Source: Eledone cirrhosa
Taxonomy: Eukaryota
Direction: 5' to 3'
Length of the DNA stretch: 64,000 nt
Assembly: GCA_964016885.1 (NCBI GenBank)
Contig: OZ024740.1
Coordinates: 323,268,001 to 323,332,000, forward strand
In this document: piece by piece, positions 42,541 through 55,952 of the stretch
Numbering within the stretch: position 1 is the stretch's first letter
Layout of the letters: each line of letters opens with the position of its first letter
Position numbers and translations under genes: made by a program
The notes under the pieces: model-generated
What the model saw: only the letters and a program-made list of their open reading frames with translations
What the model was told of the DNA's origin: nothing
The model's database searches: none

Positions 42541-42948
42541 TGTTCTGTTGATATTTACATTACAAACTAAATAAATACAACGGTGTGACAGAACAGTGAT
42601 ATATATGACACATTATCAAGGAAATACGGGACAACAGGACAGGAATAAATAATTAAAGCTTACAAAACATTAGAACACATAAATATGTACATTATTGATG
42701 AGGTATCGGTTATTATTTGTATTGATTGTTTGGGTAATTTTGCAGAAAGAGAGAAATCAATTATAAAATGAGAAAAGACCAGATACAAAGAAGAATTGGT
42801 AAAGGATGATAGAACAGCCAAGTCGATGTTAACTTTATATATTTAATGGAGAGGAAAAGATATTTTAATTCACTAAAACCTACAGTAGCAGAACCATTGT
42901 TGTTGGTGGTGTTGTCGTTGTTGTTGTTGTTGTTGTTGTTCTCCTTCT

Positions 42949-42980
<32 letters not shown>

Positions 42981-42989
42981 TTTTTTTTC

Positions 42990-43170
42990 CCATTAATTCC
43001 TGAAAGGTTCGTGGGGGCAGGGTCCTCAAACACACCTTCCAACGGGTACCGTCAGAAGCAACCATCTCCAAGTGACCCAGCTGGATCCTCATGCGAGACC
43101 AACCATGCTCACGGATGTTATCCAACCATCTTGCTCAGAGTCTACCCTGAGTTTCCTGTCGGTTGATTTA
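42990..43170 (-). mobile_element. RTE-like LINE 3' fragment with (AAG)n/(AAC)n tail
   Basis: Translates RWLDNIRE..LEMVASDGTRWKVCL. Confidence 0.6.
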
Positions 43171-43319
43171 ACGCTAAACCAATGTTAACATAGCGAATTT
43201 TATTATGGAGGCGGAGGGACACATAATATTTGAATTAATTTGAGATTAGAGTGTCTAAGTCAGTGAAATAATAATGTTCTGAAGGTTGAAGGTGATATAT
43301 TTAACTTCAAGCATTAACT

Positions 43320-43530
43320 GACCAATTCCTTTTAGTGTCGGTCACCATTGTGTGGCACACCATTGCCTCCTCGGTCCCCCCCAACCCCTATTTTTTTTCC
43401 TCCATCAAATGGAGTTGATGAAATAATTTTTGTGACATGAGCCCTCTGAAGCGGGATGGCTGATGCAGCGGATATCGCTCCTTATTCTCTGCGGTAACGC
43501 TTGCACCATCTTGCCCATAAGCTGCAGTGA
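43320..43530 (+). mobile_element. Possible CRE-like RLE LINE 3' remnant
   Basis: WLMQRISLLILCGNACTIL resembles the QRxSxxxQRGNA C-terminal motif; IPFSV upstream. Confidence 0.4.
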
Positions 43531-43722
43531 CGATATGTTTTATGACCGAGAATATATAGTTTACTCCTTTTCTTTATTTTTGTTGTGTGTGTTTCTTTAA
43601 ATTTGGTTACTGAAATAGGATATAGATTATTTTTTTGACAATGGAATTATGTCAATTCATTAAAGGAGGTTGGAATTGTTAACACGTTGTTAGCATAGTT
43701 AATATTATGAAGATCAGAGCCA

Positions 43723-43945
43723 TGGATTGGCAGTATCGGTAGAGCGTCAGACAACATGCTTTGAAACAAAGAGTTGCGTCTCTTTACATTCTGTGATTTA
43801 AAATCCTACCGAGTTTAGCTTTGCTTTTCATCCTTACAGTGTCAATAAAATAAAGTACCAGTCACTCACTGATATCGATTTGGTCGACTTGAACCTCCCC
43901 CACAAAAAAAAGATTTTTGGGGGCTTGTGCCTAAACCAGAAACCA
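43723..43945 (+). mobile_element. Meta-domain-like SINE
   Basis: GGATTGGCAGTATCGGTAGAG...TTCATCCTTAC...AAAGTACCAG. Confidence 0.75.
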
Positions 43946-44723
43946 ATATTATCAGAGCTCAACATGTTTCAGTTGATTAAAGATTAGAATTATTAAGTCA
44001 GAGTTAACACAGTTAATATTAGAAGGGTTAATATACTTTCTGTAATTCATTAGAGTTTAAGATATTGCAGCTTCACCTTAATTAAATTTGCGATGAGTTC
44101 CAATATTTTAATTAATTAATTAAAGGAGGTTACAACAGTTAAGTTATAATTAACACTATTAATAATGTGAAAGGCCAAGTAATGAAGAAATCTTACTGCA
44201 TACACAATGATAATTGTGAAAATTTTAAATAATTACTAATAGAATATAACCAGGGACGCCTTCTGCATGAAAAACAATCTGTGAGTCTTCTATATATTGA
44301 TATGATCATTATTGGTGTTAAACAAATATTTTGGGAGGAGGGGAGGAACTCCGCAAAAGAAACCTAAAGATCAGTTGATTCTAAATTGACAGAATATGTA
44401 TATTATCCAAAAGTAGGAACTCCCCCTTCCCTCCCCCTGACTGGCTCCTGCACAGTTTCTGCCTTCCAAATTTCACACATAAATAGAGGAAAATATAAGG
44501 GAAAGAGGGGGATGAAATTGTGTAGTTTCAAAGACATAGATAAGGAATTTAAAGCACGGTTTTTAACTTGGTAGGTTCGGAGGCAGACAACGAATTGGTA
44601 GACTAGCTTGAACGGTAAATTCTTTCCTGCTTTCTGCGCCGTGAGATCAAACTCGTCGAGATCAACTTTTCTTTTCGTCCTTTCGAGGTCCATAAATAAA
44701 ATACTAGTCCCGCACTGTGCTCC

Positions 44724-44807
<84 letters not shown>

Positions 44808-44925
44808 CTATCTCTCTCTCTATATATATATAAATGCATGTCTCGGGTTCTATCTGGGGGTAACCACAGTAAGGTATGCAATACATTAGTAATAGAGTGG
44901 AAACATCAAGTTTATATATACATAT

Positions 44926-44985
<60 letters not shown>

Positions 44986-45815
44986 GGAAGCCATTTCTTT
45001 GGAAGGACACGGCTGGATTCAAATTGGAGAGAGATGGACTTTGGCAGGTTTAAGTGTCCGTGACAAAGCTTATATCATTGTGGTACACCTACGCATCAAA
45101 AAGGTGTTAAGGGACCAAAGAGAAGAAAACTGTCCAGGGGAAGGAACAGTATCGATGGTATTCACAGGCTCTGTAATACCAGAGAGATTGCTACTGCTGA
45201 TGCTCTATTTAAAAATGAAAGGAAATGTCTTTAATCCATATGGAAACTGCGACACTAATTCACCCCCTTTCAATGTATGTTACCTATTGTTTAACAAAAC
45301 ACATCACGACATTTCAGGAAAATGTTATGAACTATTTGTTTTAGTATGTTTGTATATGTCTTCTCTCCACTCTATATTTAAACTGGTTGTGTTTACTTCC
45401 ATTCGTCCAAACACTGATTACAATAATATTTCCTTCCTAATCAATATCAAGCCCAATGCCAATAAATTGTTGTACCGGTGTTAACATTAAACATTAAATA
45501 TTAAACATTAAATATTAAATGTTAAATATTTATTTTACCATCATCATTATGTCTACAAGCAATTGCATGGAGAACTACAGTTATAGTCTCTCTTTCTCCT
45601 TCTGCCCCCCCCCCTCTCTTTCTCTTTCGCTCTCACACTCACTCTTTCTATCTCTGTATTTCTCTCTTTCGCTCTCGATCTATCTCTTCCTGCTTCCTCC
45701 CCCTCTCTCTCTTTCGCTCTCCCCCTCTCTCTTCCTCCTCCCACCGCCGCTCTCTTTTTCTCCTCCTTATCTCTCTTTCTCTCTCCCCTCATCTATCTCA
45801 CAGTTTATTTACATT

Positions 45816-45864
45816 TCTAGTCAACTGTTGAGACTTCTATTTAGGTGGCGAAACGTTGACTAGA
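45816..45864 (+). ncRNA. Degenerate hammerhead-like motif
   Basis: tctagtcaa-CTGTTGA-gac..ggc-GAAAC-GTT-gactaga; A6 is T. Confidence 0.45.
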
Positions 45865-46007
45865 TCGCTTTAGTGTAATGTCTATTGTAGTCCCACGTTA
45901 CACGATTGAACCGTCGTTCAATTCCCGTACGAGCTTTTGTCTATTTTTCCGAATTTATTCAACTAGTTTATAGTTAAAATATGTATTTCCAATAAATGAA
46001 AATATAC

Positions 46008-46059
<52 letters not shown>

Positions 46060-46062
<3 letters not shown>

Positions 46063-46493
46063 ATATATTTCTTTAGGTCGTTTTGGAAGCATCAACAATG
46101 CAGATGGGTAATTCTCCGGGTAACAAGATCCGGTGTTGGAGAGAGAGATGTAAGTGAATGTAGGTTGAGATGTGTAGTGTGTAGAAGAACGTAGGAAAGA
46201 GCGTAAAAAATTAAAATATTAACACGAGATAGAGTTACCTTGGGAGAGATTTAATTGTCCCTATATATTTCGGATTCACATCCATCAACTGGGGTTTTTT
46301 CCGGGGGAGGGGGGAAGGTTGTCTGTCGGAAAGGTGCGAAACGTGTCCTCCGCTGTTCGTTGTTTTGAATATCTCTCTCTCCACCACCGGATCTTGTTAC
46401 CCGGAGAATTACCCATCTGCATTGTTGAGGCTTCCAAAACGACCTAAAGAAATATATCTTATTATTCCACAATGCTTCAAGCAAACTTAAATA

Positions 46494-46500
<7 letters not shown>
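46060..46500. mobile_element. Inverted-duplicated Penelope-like element with CAGTTGA-core motif and tail
   Basis: Arms ~46060-46149 and 46371-46461; motif at 46259-46294 (minus); flanked by (TA)n. Confidence 0.7.
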
Positions 46501-46538
<38 letters not shown>

Positions 46539-46768
46539 CAGGGTGGGCCAGAATTCATTACTCACTTGATTATCGATAGATTTATTAATTTAGAAAAAAT
46601 AAATAAAAAACCTGTGAGGCATATTAAAAAATACAAATATAAATGAAGAAACCTGCTAAGCATATCAAGAAATGAAATAAAAAATAAATTAAAACAATAC
46701 AATAACAATAAAATACGCATGTTAAGAAATATAACTAACAAGCGAGTCATTAATTCTGGCCCACCATG
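46539..46768. mobile_element. Tc1/mariner-type MITE
   Basis: TA then CAGGGTGGGCCAGAATT..ACTCACTTG; inverted CAAGCGAGT..AATTCTGGCCCACCATG. Confidence 0.75.
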
Positions 46769-46955
46769 GAGAAATAGCCTCTACAGGATTAGAACTATTT
46801 CATCCGAAAGAAATCACCAGCAAAGCTTTCCTGATGATTTCCTTCGAATGAAACAGTGTTAGTCCTGTAGAAGCCATTTCTCTATTATATATTTATACTC
46901 TGCTATGTATTGAGTACCTTATTTACTGTGGTTACCCCCGATTGAACCCGGGAAA
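46769..46955. mobile_element. Short palindromic copy of the 6980-7363 family with hammerhead (46825-46874 plus)
   Basis: gctttc-CTGATGA-tttc-cttc-gaat-GAAAC-agtgtta-GTC-ctgta-gaagc; inverted arm 46769-46820; tail 46890-46955. Confidence 0.75.
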
Positions 46956-46962
46956 CACACAC

Positions 46963-47105
<143 letters not shown>

Positions 47106-47177
47106 TTGGTGCTCTGAAATAGCGATATATATATGAATGTATTACTTACTTTATTTTTCAGCAAACAGGACAGATAA

Positions 47178-47222
47178 AGCTGACAGAGCTCTGTTTCGCA
47201 TTTTTGTATGCTTATCAAAGCT
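47178..47222 (-). ncRNA. Hammerhead ribozyme, U3:A8 variant, within inverted repeat 47148-47303
   Basis: agct-TTGATAA-GCAT-acaaaa-ATGC-GAAACAG-AGCT-CTGTC-agct. Confidence 0.75.
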
Positions 47223-47586
47223 AACTACTCCTCTGTTTGCTTCAAACAATGCGAAACAGAGCTCTGCCAGCTTTATCTCCCCTGTTTGCTGAAAATTAAA
47301 GTAGGTGAGACTGTCACTACTCTAAAAGAATAGCATAATGTCTTCGCAATGCTTTTAATTAAGCATTCAGTGTATTGCAAAATACACTATATATACATTC
47401 ATATATATATAGATATAGATATATATGAAAATAGAGAAATTAATGTAAGCAAGAAGCCAACAGTAATTCAGACATATAAGTGACTATAACATCAAAATGA
47501 AAAATATTTAACGTAAGATATGGGAAAATAATTCAATCTTAATTCAAAACAAGTCCAGAAGAAAAATGTTATCCTCAGACTTTGCG

Positions 47587-47626
<40 letters not shown>

Positions 47627-47655
47627 TTGATTTTCAGCAAACAGGTTGAGTACTT

Positions 47656-47700
47656 GGCTTTGATAAGTACCAATCAGTACGAAACAGAGCTCTGTCAGCT
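47656..47700 (+). ncRNA. Hammerhead ribozyme, U3:A8 variant
   Basis: ggct-TTGATAA-GTAC-caatca-GTAC-GAAACAG-AGCT-CTGTC-agct; stem II covaries with the 47178 copy. Confidence 0.75.
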
Positions 47701-47826
47701 TTATCGCCCTTGTTTGCTGAAAATTTAAAGTAAGTGAGACTGTTACTACTCTAAAACAATAGCGTAAGATCTTCAAAATGCTTTTAATTAAGCATACAGT
47801 GTATTGCAAAATACACTATATATACA

Positions 47827-47891
<65 letters not shown>

Positions 47892-47941
47892 GAATGTATA
47901 TATAGTGTATTTTGCAATACACTGTATGCTTAATTAAAAGC

Positions 47942-48015
<74 letters not shown>

Positions 48016-48138
48016 AATATATATATACATGTGTATATACATGGGTAAATGCGAATAATCAAGGAGTCAAGGAGTAAATACAAAACAGGAGAATGACACA
48101 ACGCAATGATGATGATGAGAATATTATATTATATTGTA

Positions 48139-48326
48139 AGGGCGGTGGATTGGCAGTATCGGTAGAGGTTCGGACGCCATACTTTGCAGCAAAAAGTTAC
48201 GGCCCTTTATGGTCTGAGTTCAAATTCCGCCGAGGTTAACTTTGCCTTTCATCCTTACAGGGTCGATAAAATAAAGTACCAGTAATACACTAGGTAATTA
48301 CTGGCCTTGTGCCAAAAGTAGAAACA
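48139..48326 (+). mobile_element. Meta-domain-like SINE with 16 bp TSD
   Basis: attatattatattgta on both sides. Confidence 0.85.
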
Positions 48327-48372
48327 ATTATATTATATTGTATTAGTTTAACGGTTGATGCAGTAGGAGATA

Positions 48373-48410
48373 ATCTTAATGTTTCGGATGTTAGTCCTTT
48401 ATCAGAAGAT
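48373..48410 (-). ncRNA. Degenerate hammerhead-like motif
   Basis: atctt-CTGATAA-A-GGA-ctaaca-TCC-GAAAC-ATT-aagat. Confidence 0.45.
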
Positions 48411-48695
48411 ATAATGAAAGATAGAACATGAAATAGAAAGACTGATGAGAGTAAGAAACGGAAAAAAAATATTTGACGCAACGAAACGTCAAGGATGTGA
48501 TAGTTGGAAGGAAAGAGGGTTGCACCAGCACTGGGCTAGTGCTTTCTTTATTGACTCTGATAAATGGAAGGTAAATTAGACCTCGGTGGGATTTGAACTC
48601 AGAACGCAAAAATAAGGAACAAATATTCAACGTTCTAACGATTGTACTAAACCCACTGCATTAGTTTTAACATAGTGCAAACATTGTAGAAACTA

Positions 48696-48885
48696 AGGGC
48701 GGTGGGTCAGCAGTGTCGCAGGATCGTCGGACAACATGCTTTATGGCATAGTGTTACGGCCCTTTATGATCTAAGTTCAAATCAGGCCGGGTTTAGCTTT
48801 ACCTTTCATCCTTTTCGGGTTAATAAAATAAATCGACTTTCCTCTCCCCCAAACAATTGTTGGCCTTGTGCCTAAATCAGAAATC
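48696..48885 (+). mobile_element. Meta-domain-like SINE
   Basis: Family match; TSD-like attgtaga(a/g)actaa. Confidence 0.75.
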
Positions 48886-49057
48886 AATATTGTAGAGACT
48901 AAATAGTATTGATTTCAAGGTTTGCAAAATAACTGAATCATTAGAAGGTGGAACAACATGCAATACAGTATTTGTTCTGGCTGTGTTTGCTCTGAGTTCA
49001 ATTCTCGTCGACGTCAGAATAAGTTTTTTTTCTGAGGTCCACAAAATTAATCTAGCG

Positions 49058-49354
49058 TAGTGTTTCTCAACCTTTTTACCCTCTGCGACATTTGAAACAG
49101 TTTTTATGACTCAGGGAACCCCTGCATAAACATTATTATATATCATTTTAAAATCTATCGCTTTTACATTTTTATCGTAGTTCAAGTGGTAAAAATAGTA
49201 TATTTTATGTACGTGTATGGTAAAATTACGAATATAAAATTAAACAGAAATTACTCAAAAATGCATTAGCTTATTTATCATTATTTCTCGCAGAACCCCT
49301 AGTGACCTCTTGCGAAACGATGGGGTTCCTGGGAATACCGGTTGAGAATCGCTT
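49058..49354. mobile_element. Diverged inverted copy of the hAT MITE at 35342, lacking the SINE
   Basis: GTTTCTCAACCTTTTTACCC...CCCCTAGTGACCTCTTGCG...CCGGTTGAGAA. Confidence 0.8.
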
Positions 49355-49914
49355 TTCTAGGGTGTTGGACTTTGGATGAGTGTTCTTACATTATTGTCCC
49401 AGCTCTTCGCATCCCGAGTTTAAATTCTCCAGTAGCCTATATGGGTCGTAGTTATCCCTGAGACACCTATCGCAGAAAGCCTTTATCATATTCATATCTC
49501 TTTTTACTACTGACCAGAATTCTGACTTTATTAGAAAAGCATATCATATTGCTGTTATAGCGTGGAATGTTAGGCGTAAAGCTGGATGACACACCTAAGA
49601 ATATATATATATTAGAACAGCAGTGTGAAGGTACGCCATCTAGAGGATATGGTGTTGGACCCACGATTTAAGTTCATCAGGTCGTAAGCTCGATTTTCGA
49701 ATCGGGTGGTGCGTGGTATCCTTGGGCACGATAATTTATTTCACGTTATTCCAGTCCGTTCAGTTCGGAAAGGCGTTGAGACGACACTGTTGACAAATTG
49801 TATCTGCCTTTGCATTTCAATTGGACAACAATATATATAATGTATACGCATGAATTGTATATATAGCGTATATAATGTATATATAGTGTATATATACGTG
49901 TGGTAAATAAAGTA

Positions 49915-51201
49915 TTGGCTTGGCAAGAAAGTAATTTCGTTTTTTGCAAATAGATAAAGTTACGATTTCTTCTAATGACTTTTGTCAATGTTATGATTGT
50001 TTCCTTTTAATATTTAATAGCCGTTATTTTTAGCTTATTTTAGAAGCAAATTGCGCGTAATTTTGTTTACAGCTGTTAGTTCGGGATCAATTTTAACATG
50101 GATTGCAAAAACGAACATTTTCGCCATATTTTGCTTTTATATTTCCGTAAAGGCAAGACAGCTGCTGAGGCCCACAAAGAGATATGTGAAGTTGATGGTG
50201 TTGATTGCTTAACAGAACGCACATGTCAGATATGGTTTTAAAATTCCGTTCTGGAGATTTTTCACTCAAAGATGACTAACGTTCTGGTCGACCTACTGAA
50301 GTTGATGATGACCGAACCAAAGCCATAATTAAATCTGATTGTCATATAACTGTGCGAGAGATTGCAGAGATTATAAATGTATTACACACAACAATTGAAA
50401 ATCACTTAAAATGTCTTGGACTCGTTAAGAACTTCGATATTTGGGTTCCACATAAATTGAAAGAGATTCACTTAACACAACGAATCAATATTTGCGATAT
50501 GCATCTCAAACGCAATGAAATTGACCATTTTTTTAGACAAATCATCACTGGTAATGAAAAATGGATTGTCTACAATATCATCCATCGAAAACGATCATGG
50601 TCCAAGTGTAATGACCCAGCACAAACCACACCGAAAGCTTAATTGCATAAAAAAATGGCCATGCTGTCAATTTGGTGGGATAACAAAGGTGTTGTGTATT
50701 TTGAGCTGCTTCCAAGGAACCTAACGATCAATTCAGATGTTTACTGTCAACAACTAATGGAACTGGAGGAAGCAATCTAAGAAAAACGGTCAGAATTGGC
50801 AAATCGGAAAGGAATCGTGTTCCACCACGACAACGCTAGACCACACAGGTTTTGCTAACTCGTGAAAAATTATTGGAGCTGGGTTGGGAAGTGATGTCAC
50901 ATCCACCATATAGCCCTGACCTTGCACCATCAGATTACCATTTATTTAGAAGCTTTCAAAATTCTTTGAATGGTAAAACTTTCAATAATGATGACGACCT
51001 GAAATCGCACTTGCTTCAGTTTTTGGCTTATAAGGACCAGAATTTCTATGAGCCCGGAATCATGAAGTTGCCAGAATGATGGCAAAAGGTCATCGAACAA
51101 AATGGAAAATATATAATTGATTAAAGTTCATCCTTTGTATGAAAATAAAAATGACTTTAATTTCACACTAAAAAACCGAAATTACTTTCTTGCCAACCCA
51201 A
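49915..51201 (+). mobile_element. Full-length decayed mariner transposon (mellifera-subfamily-like)
   Basis: 1287 bp; TIRs TTGGCTTGGCAAGAAAGTAATTTCG / CGAAATTACTTTCTTGCCAACCCAA; TA at left. Confidence 0.92.
50098..51124 (+). pseudogene. Mariner DD34D transposase pseudogene
   Basis: MDCKNEHFRHILLLYFRKGK, WVPHKL, ITGNEKW (catalytic D changed to N), HHDNARPH, YSPDLAPSDYHLF; several stops and frameshifts. Confidence 0.92.
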
Positions 51202-51453
51202 TGTTAATTGAGTATATACGAGTTGCGACAACATTGATGCCAAGTTGCATCAACCTTTGCCTTTCCCTTGCAGAAGAACTCTCCTTATGCAAACCTAGAG
51301 TGAGTCATGACTAGAGGGAGATGTGTCCCATATATATACAATTTGAAACAAGACACACACCAAATAAGTCTGGTGGGAATATGAGGACGTAACAAGTGAT
51401 TTGCAAATTACATCATCTTAGCTTACAAAACGTAATGCTAATCTCTCACTCTG

Positions 51454-51509
<56 letters not shown>

Positions 51510-51544
51510 CATACATATATATATTATATCGTATATCATATACT

Positions 51545-51583
<39 letters not shown>

Positions 51584-52318
51584 GATATACGATATAATGA
51601 CGAACAAGTTGTCAATTTTACAAGAACAATTGAAATGGAAAATATACAAACTAACGAATTACTCGGTACCTAAGAACAGGTACAGTAATCATTTCCGGAA
51701 AATTATTAAGCTATGTTTCGAAGGCAATTTCAATTATTTTAAAGAGTTCAATATAGTTGTAATATACTGTTAAAGACAGTTCATTTCCTATTACATCGTT
51801 TATAAATTATAGGTTGTTCACATCTGATTTGTTTAAGCCTTCTTTTTATTAGTTATTTCATTCCATTTCGTTTCGTTTTCCCCACTCTCTCTTTTCCATT
51901 CTCTATTTACTATTTTTTAAAATTTATCTCATATTTTCTTTGTTACTTCTTCGTTTAAAGTTCGTGATTTTTGAAACCAAAAACAGATTGTTTTAAATGT
52001 GAATCGTGGTGTCTTTTTACGACCATAATCTTAAATTATAACTTCTTCGCTCGCTGTCAGCTCATTTGATGTCGTTCCACACAGTTTTATACGACCCAAA
52101 TGTGACATTTTAACGCTCGTTTGCTGTTGCCGTCTCTTTAATAGATTTATTTTACTGTTGTACGTCTTCTCCCTCTAATCAGATATTCCAACATTTTCCA
52201 CCAAATAAACATCAGATATGTCTACAACACTCTACTTTTCTTTGATTTAATTCTTTCATTTCTCTTTCTTTCTTTCTTTCTTTTTTCTGTATTTCCTTCT
52301 TGCTAATTTATGTTTTCC

Positions 52319-52350
<32 letters not shown>

Positions 52351-52375
52351 TTTTCTTTTCAATTCATGTTTTTCC

Positions 52376-52417
<42 letters not shown>

Positions 52418-53155
52418 CTCTTCCTCTTTTTCATTCTTCCTTTCTGAAAAGGTCCGTCTCTGTATTTCTGTGATGTTGATATGTTTATTCAACAAAACTC
52501 GTTCTCGGCTCCTTTCTTCGCTGTTCCTTCCTATTTATTCATTCAACATTCATCACTTCTTAATTTTATTTCTTTACGTTTTCCATTCCTCTTCCCTCAT
52601 TAGGTTCACTGTATCTGCCTCACTCTCTTCATTTCTCATTCTATCTCTCCCCTTCTACTCCTTCTCCACGACGACGTCATCTTTCTTCTTCTTCTTCTTC
52701 TTCTTCTTCTTCTTCTTCTTCTTCTTCTTCTTCTTCTTCTTCTTCTTCTTCTTCTTCTTCTTCTTCTTCTTCCGCCTCCAGTCTCCCACTCTTCCTCTCA
52801 TTAGACCACCAGTAGCCTCTACACCTCCAACTCCAATCAGCCATTTAGTTTTACATTGCCACCATTTTGCTCGTTACGTATGTCAGCCATATTTTCATGT
52901 CATTAGAATTTGTGATTACTTTGAAGGAAGGAATGTCTTGAGACAGTGGCACGGGGGTGGAGAAGAGAGGGCAGAAGGATAATGAAAGGAAGAGAGAGGG
53001 GGAGGAATGGAGAGAAATGGGATAAAGAGAAAACTATGGAGAGCAAAAGAGAAAGAGTTTGGAAAGAAAGTGAGTGAGAGAGAAGTAGTGAGAGGTACCA
53101 AAAGAGAAAGGATTGTGAAAAAAAAGAGGACATGGAGGGAGTGAGAGTGAGAGTA

Positions 53156-53225
<70 letters not shown>

Positions 53226-53336
53226 TAGATCAACTGCGAAAAACGACGAAGATAGAAATGGAGAAACAGAAAAGATAGATGAAAGCTAGTGAGTCTCAGT
53301 GTGTGAATGAGAGTAAGATAAAGGTAAGTGTGTGAA

Positions 53337-53410
<74 letters not shown>

Positions 53411-53750
53411 ATATATAGGTAAAATGCCGACCGCGACCCCAAGCGGTTTCGGCTCGTGTGTCAACACAAGCCGAAACCGTTTTTTGCGCCACGCTCGGGA
53501 TTTGACGTAACCCTATACCTACACTGCATCCTCCCATACATTGTGTACTTCCATGATTAGTCGTCTCTCTATGTGGGTATGCGTGAATGAGACTGTATGT
53601 GTGTGTGTGCAAATGTATATCTATACATATATATACAAATCTATACAAATCTATGTCTATTCATATATATATATATATATATATATAGATGTGTGTGTGT
53701 GTGTGTGTGTATGATTGAACGAGTGTGAAAGAAAGGACAGAGAAAGAGAT

Positions 53751-53790
<40 letters not shown>

Positions 53791-53908
53791 AAAGAATGAG
53801 AGACAGAGACGAAGGAAGAGAGTGGAGAGAGAGAGATGGAGAGAAAGAAGGAAAAGGAGAGACTATCTCTAAGTTTATTTATGTTTATGACTTCATGAAA
53901 GAGAGGGA

Positions 53909-53972
<64 letters not shown>

Positions 53973-54142
53973 AAAAGTTTGTATGAAAGAAAGAAATAGA
54001 GAGAGAGAGAGGGGGGAAAGAGAGTGACTGGGAGAGAGGAAGAGAAAGTGAAGAGATATGAGTGGGAAAGTGTATGTGTGTCTGTGTGTTTGTGTGTTTA
54101 TGTGTTTGTGTGTGTGTGTTTGTGCGTTTGTGTGTTTATGTA

Positions 54143-54207
<65 letters not shown>

Positions 54208-54374
54208 ATGTGCCTATAAATGTATGTGTATGCATGTTTCCCTAAAGTGAAAAGAAAAGGTTTGAATGAAACAGGTAGAGAACGAGGGGGTGACAGCCAG
54301 AGATAGAGTGTGTTTATGTGTGTGTAGGTGTGTGTGTAGGTGTGTTTATGTATGTATGTGTGGGGAAATATCCG

Positions 54375-54835
54375 TAAATATATGTGTATGTATGTCTGCA
54401 TAAAGGGAGTATGTGTGTGTGTGTATGTATGTCTGAAAAGGTCTGTGAATGTGTGTGTATGTATGTCTGCATAAAGGGAGTATGTGTGTGTGTATGTGTC
54501 TGACTGAAAAGCTCTGTGAATGTGTGTCTATGTATGTCTGCATAAAGGGACTATGTGTGTGTATGTGTATGTGTGTGTATGTGTCTGTCTGAAAAGGTCT
54601 GTGAATGTATGTGTATGTATGTCTGCATAAAGGGATTATGTGTGTGTATGTGTATGTGTGTGTATGTGTCTGTCTGAAAAGGTATGTATATGTATGTCTG
54701 CATAAAGGGAGTATGTGTGTGTATGTGTGTGTATGTGTCTGTCTGAAAGCGTCTGTTAATGTATGTGTATGTATGTAGGCATAAAGGGAGTATGTGTGTG
54801 TAAGTGTATGTGTGTGTATGTGTATATATGTCTGC
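54375..54835. repeat. GT-rich minisatellite, ~60-76 bp units
   Basis: tgtctgcataaaggga occurs six times plus one variant, alternating with tctgaaaag. Confidence 0.8.
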
Positions 54836-55136
54836 CTCAATTGGAAAGAAAGGGTTTAAAAGAAACAGGGTGAGAATGAGAGAGACACATGAGAGAGCAT
54901 GTGTTTGTATGTGTATGTCTGTGTGTGTGTATATATGTAAGTGTATGCATATGTGTATGTGTATGTGTGTGTGAGTGTATGTATGTGTGTATGTGTATAT
55001 GCATATGTGTGTGTGTATATGTATGTATGTGTATATGTATGTGTGTGTGATATGTGTGTATGTGTACATGAGTGTGTGTATGTGTGTATGTGATTGTGTA
55101 TATGTATGTGTGCGTATGTGTGTGTATGTGTATGTA

Positions 55137-55177
<41 letters not shown>

Positions 55178-55329
55178 GGGTATGTGTACATGAGTGTGTA
55201 TATGTATGTGTGTATGTGTGTATGTGTGTATGTGTGTATGTGAGTGTGTATGTGTATGTGCATGTGTGTCAGTATGTGTATTTAAGTGTATGTGTATGTG
55301 TGTATGTGTGTGATATGTGTATATGTGTA

Positions 55330-55790
55330 TATGTTTACATGAGTGTATATATGTATGTGTGTGTAAGTGTACATGAGTGTGTATATGTATATGTGTGTAT
55401 GTGTACATGAGTGTGTATATGCATGTGTATGTGTGTATGTGTACATGAGTGTGTATGTATATGTGTGTATGTGTACATGAGTGTGTATATGTATATGTGT
55501 GTATGTGTACATGAGTGTGTATATGTATATGTGTGTATGTGTACATGAGTGTGTATATGTATATGTGTGTATGTGTACATGAGTGTGTATATGCATGTGT
55601 ATGTGTGTATGTGTACATGAGTGTGTATGTGTATGTGTGTATGCGTACATGAGTGGGTATATGTATGTGCATATGTACATGAGTGTGTATGTGTGTATGT
55701 GTACATGAGTGTGTATATGTATATGTGTGTATGTGTACATGAGTGTGTATATGCATGTGTATGTGTGTATGTGTACATGAGTGTGTATTT
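55330..55790. repeat. ~30 bp minisatellite derived from (TATGTG)n
   Basis: gtgtacatgagtgtgtat repeated. Confidence 0.8.
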
Positions 55791-55952
55791 GTATGTGTGT
55801 ATGTGTGTATTATGAGGAATAAATCAACAAGTAATATGAAAGACAGTCGTTAGAAGAAGTGAATGAAAATTGATCGAGTAAAAAGTGAAAGGTTAACATT
55901 CATAAATCATGGAAATAATTAAGTCTGGTTTCTTGGGGAAAGTAATAAGACA

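Noticed and set aside
44876-45484. 202 aa ORF with a non-repetitive part
   Set aside because: No recognisable motif, and it begins in a repeat tail and TA tract; cannot be supported.
54375-54835. Repeat-spacer pattern resembling a CRISPR array
   Set aside because: The spacers are related GT-rich sequence, the context is eukaryotic, and there are no cas genes; it is a minisatellite.
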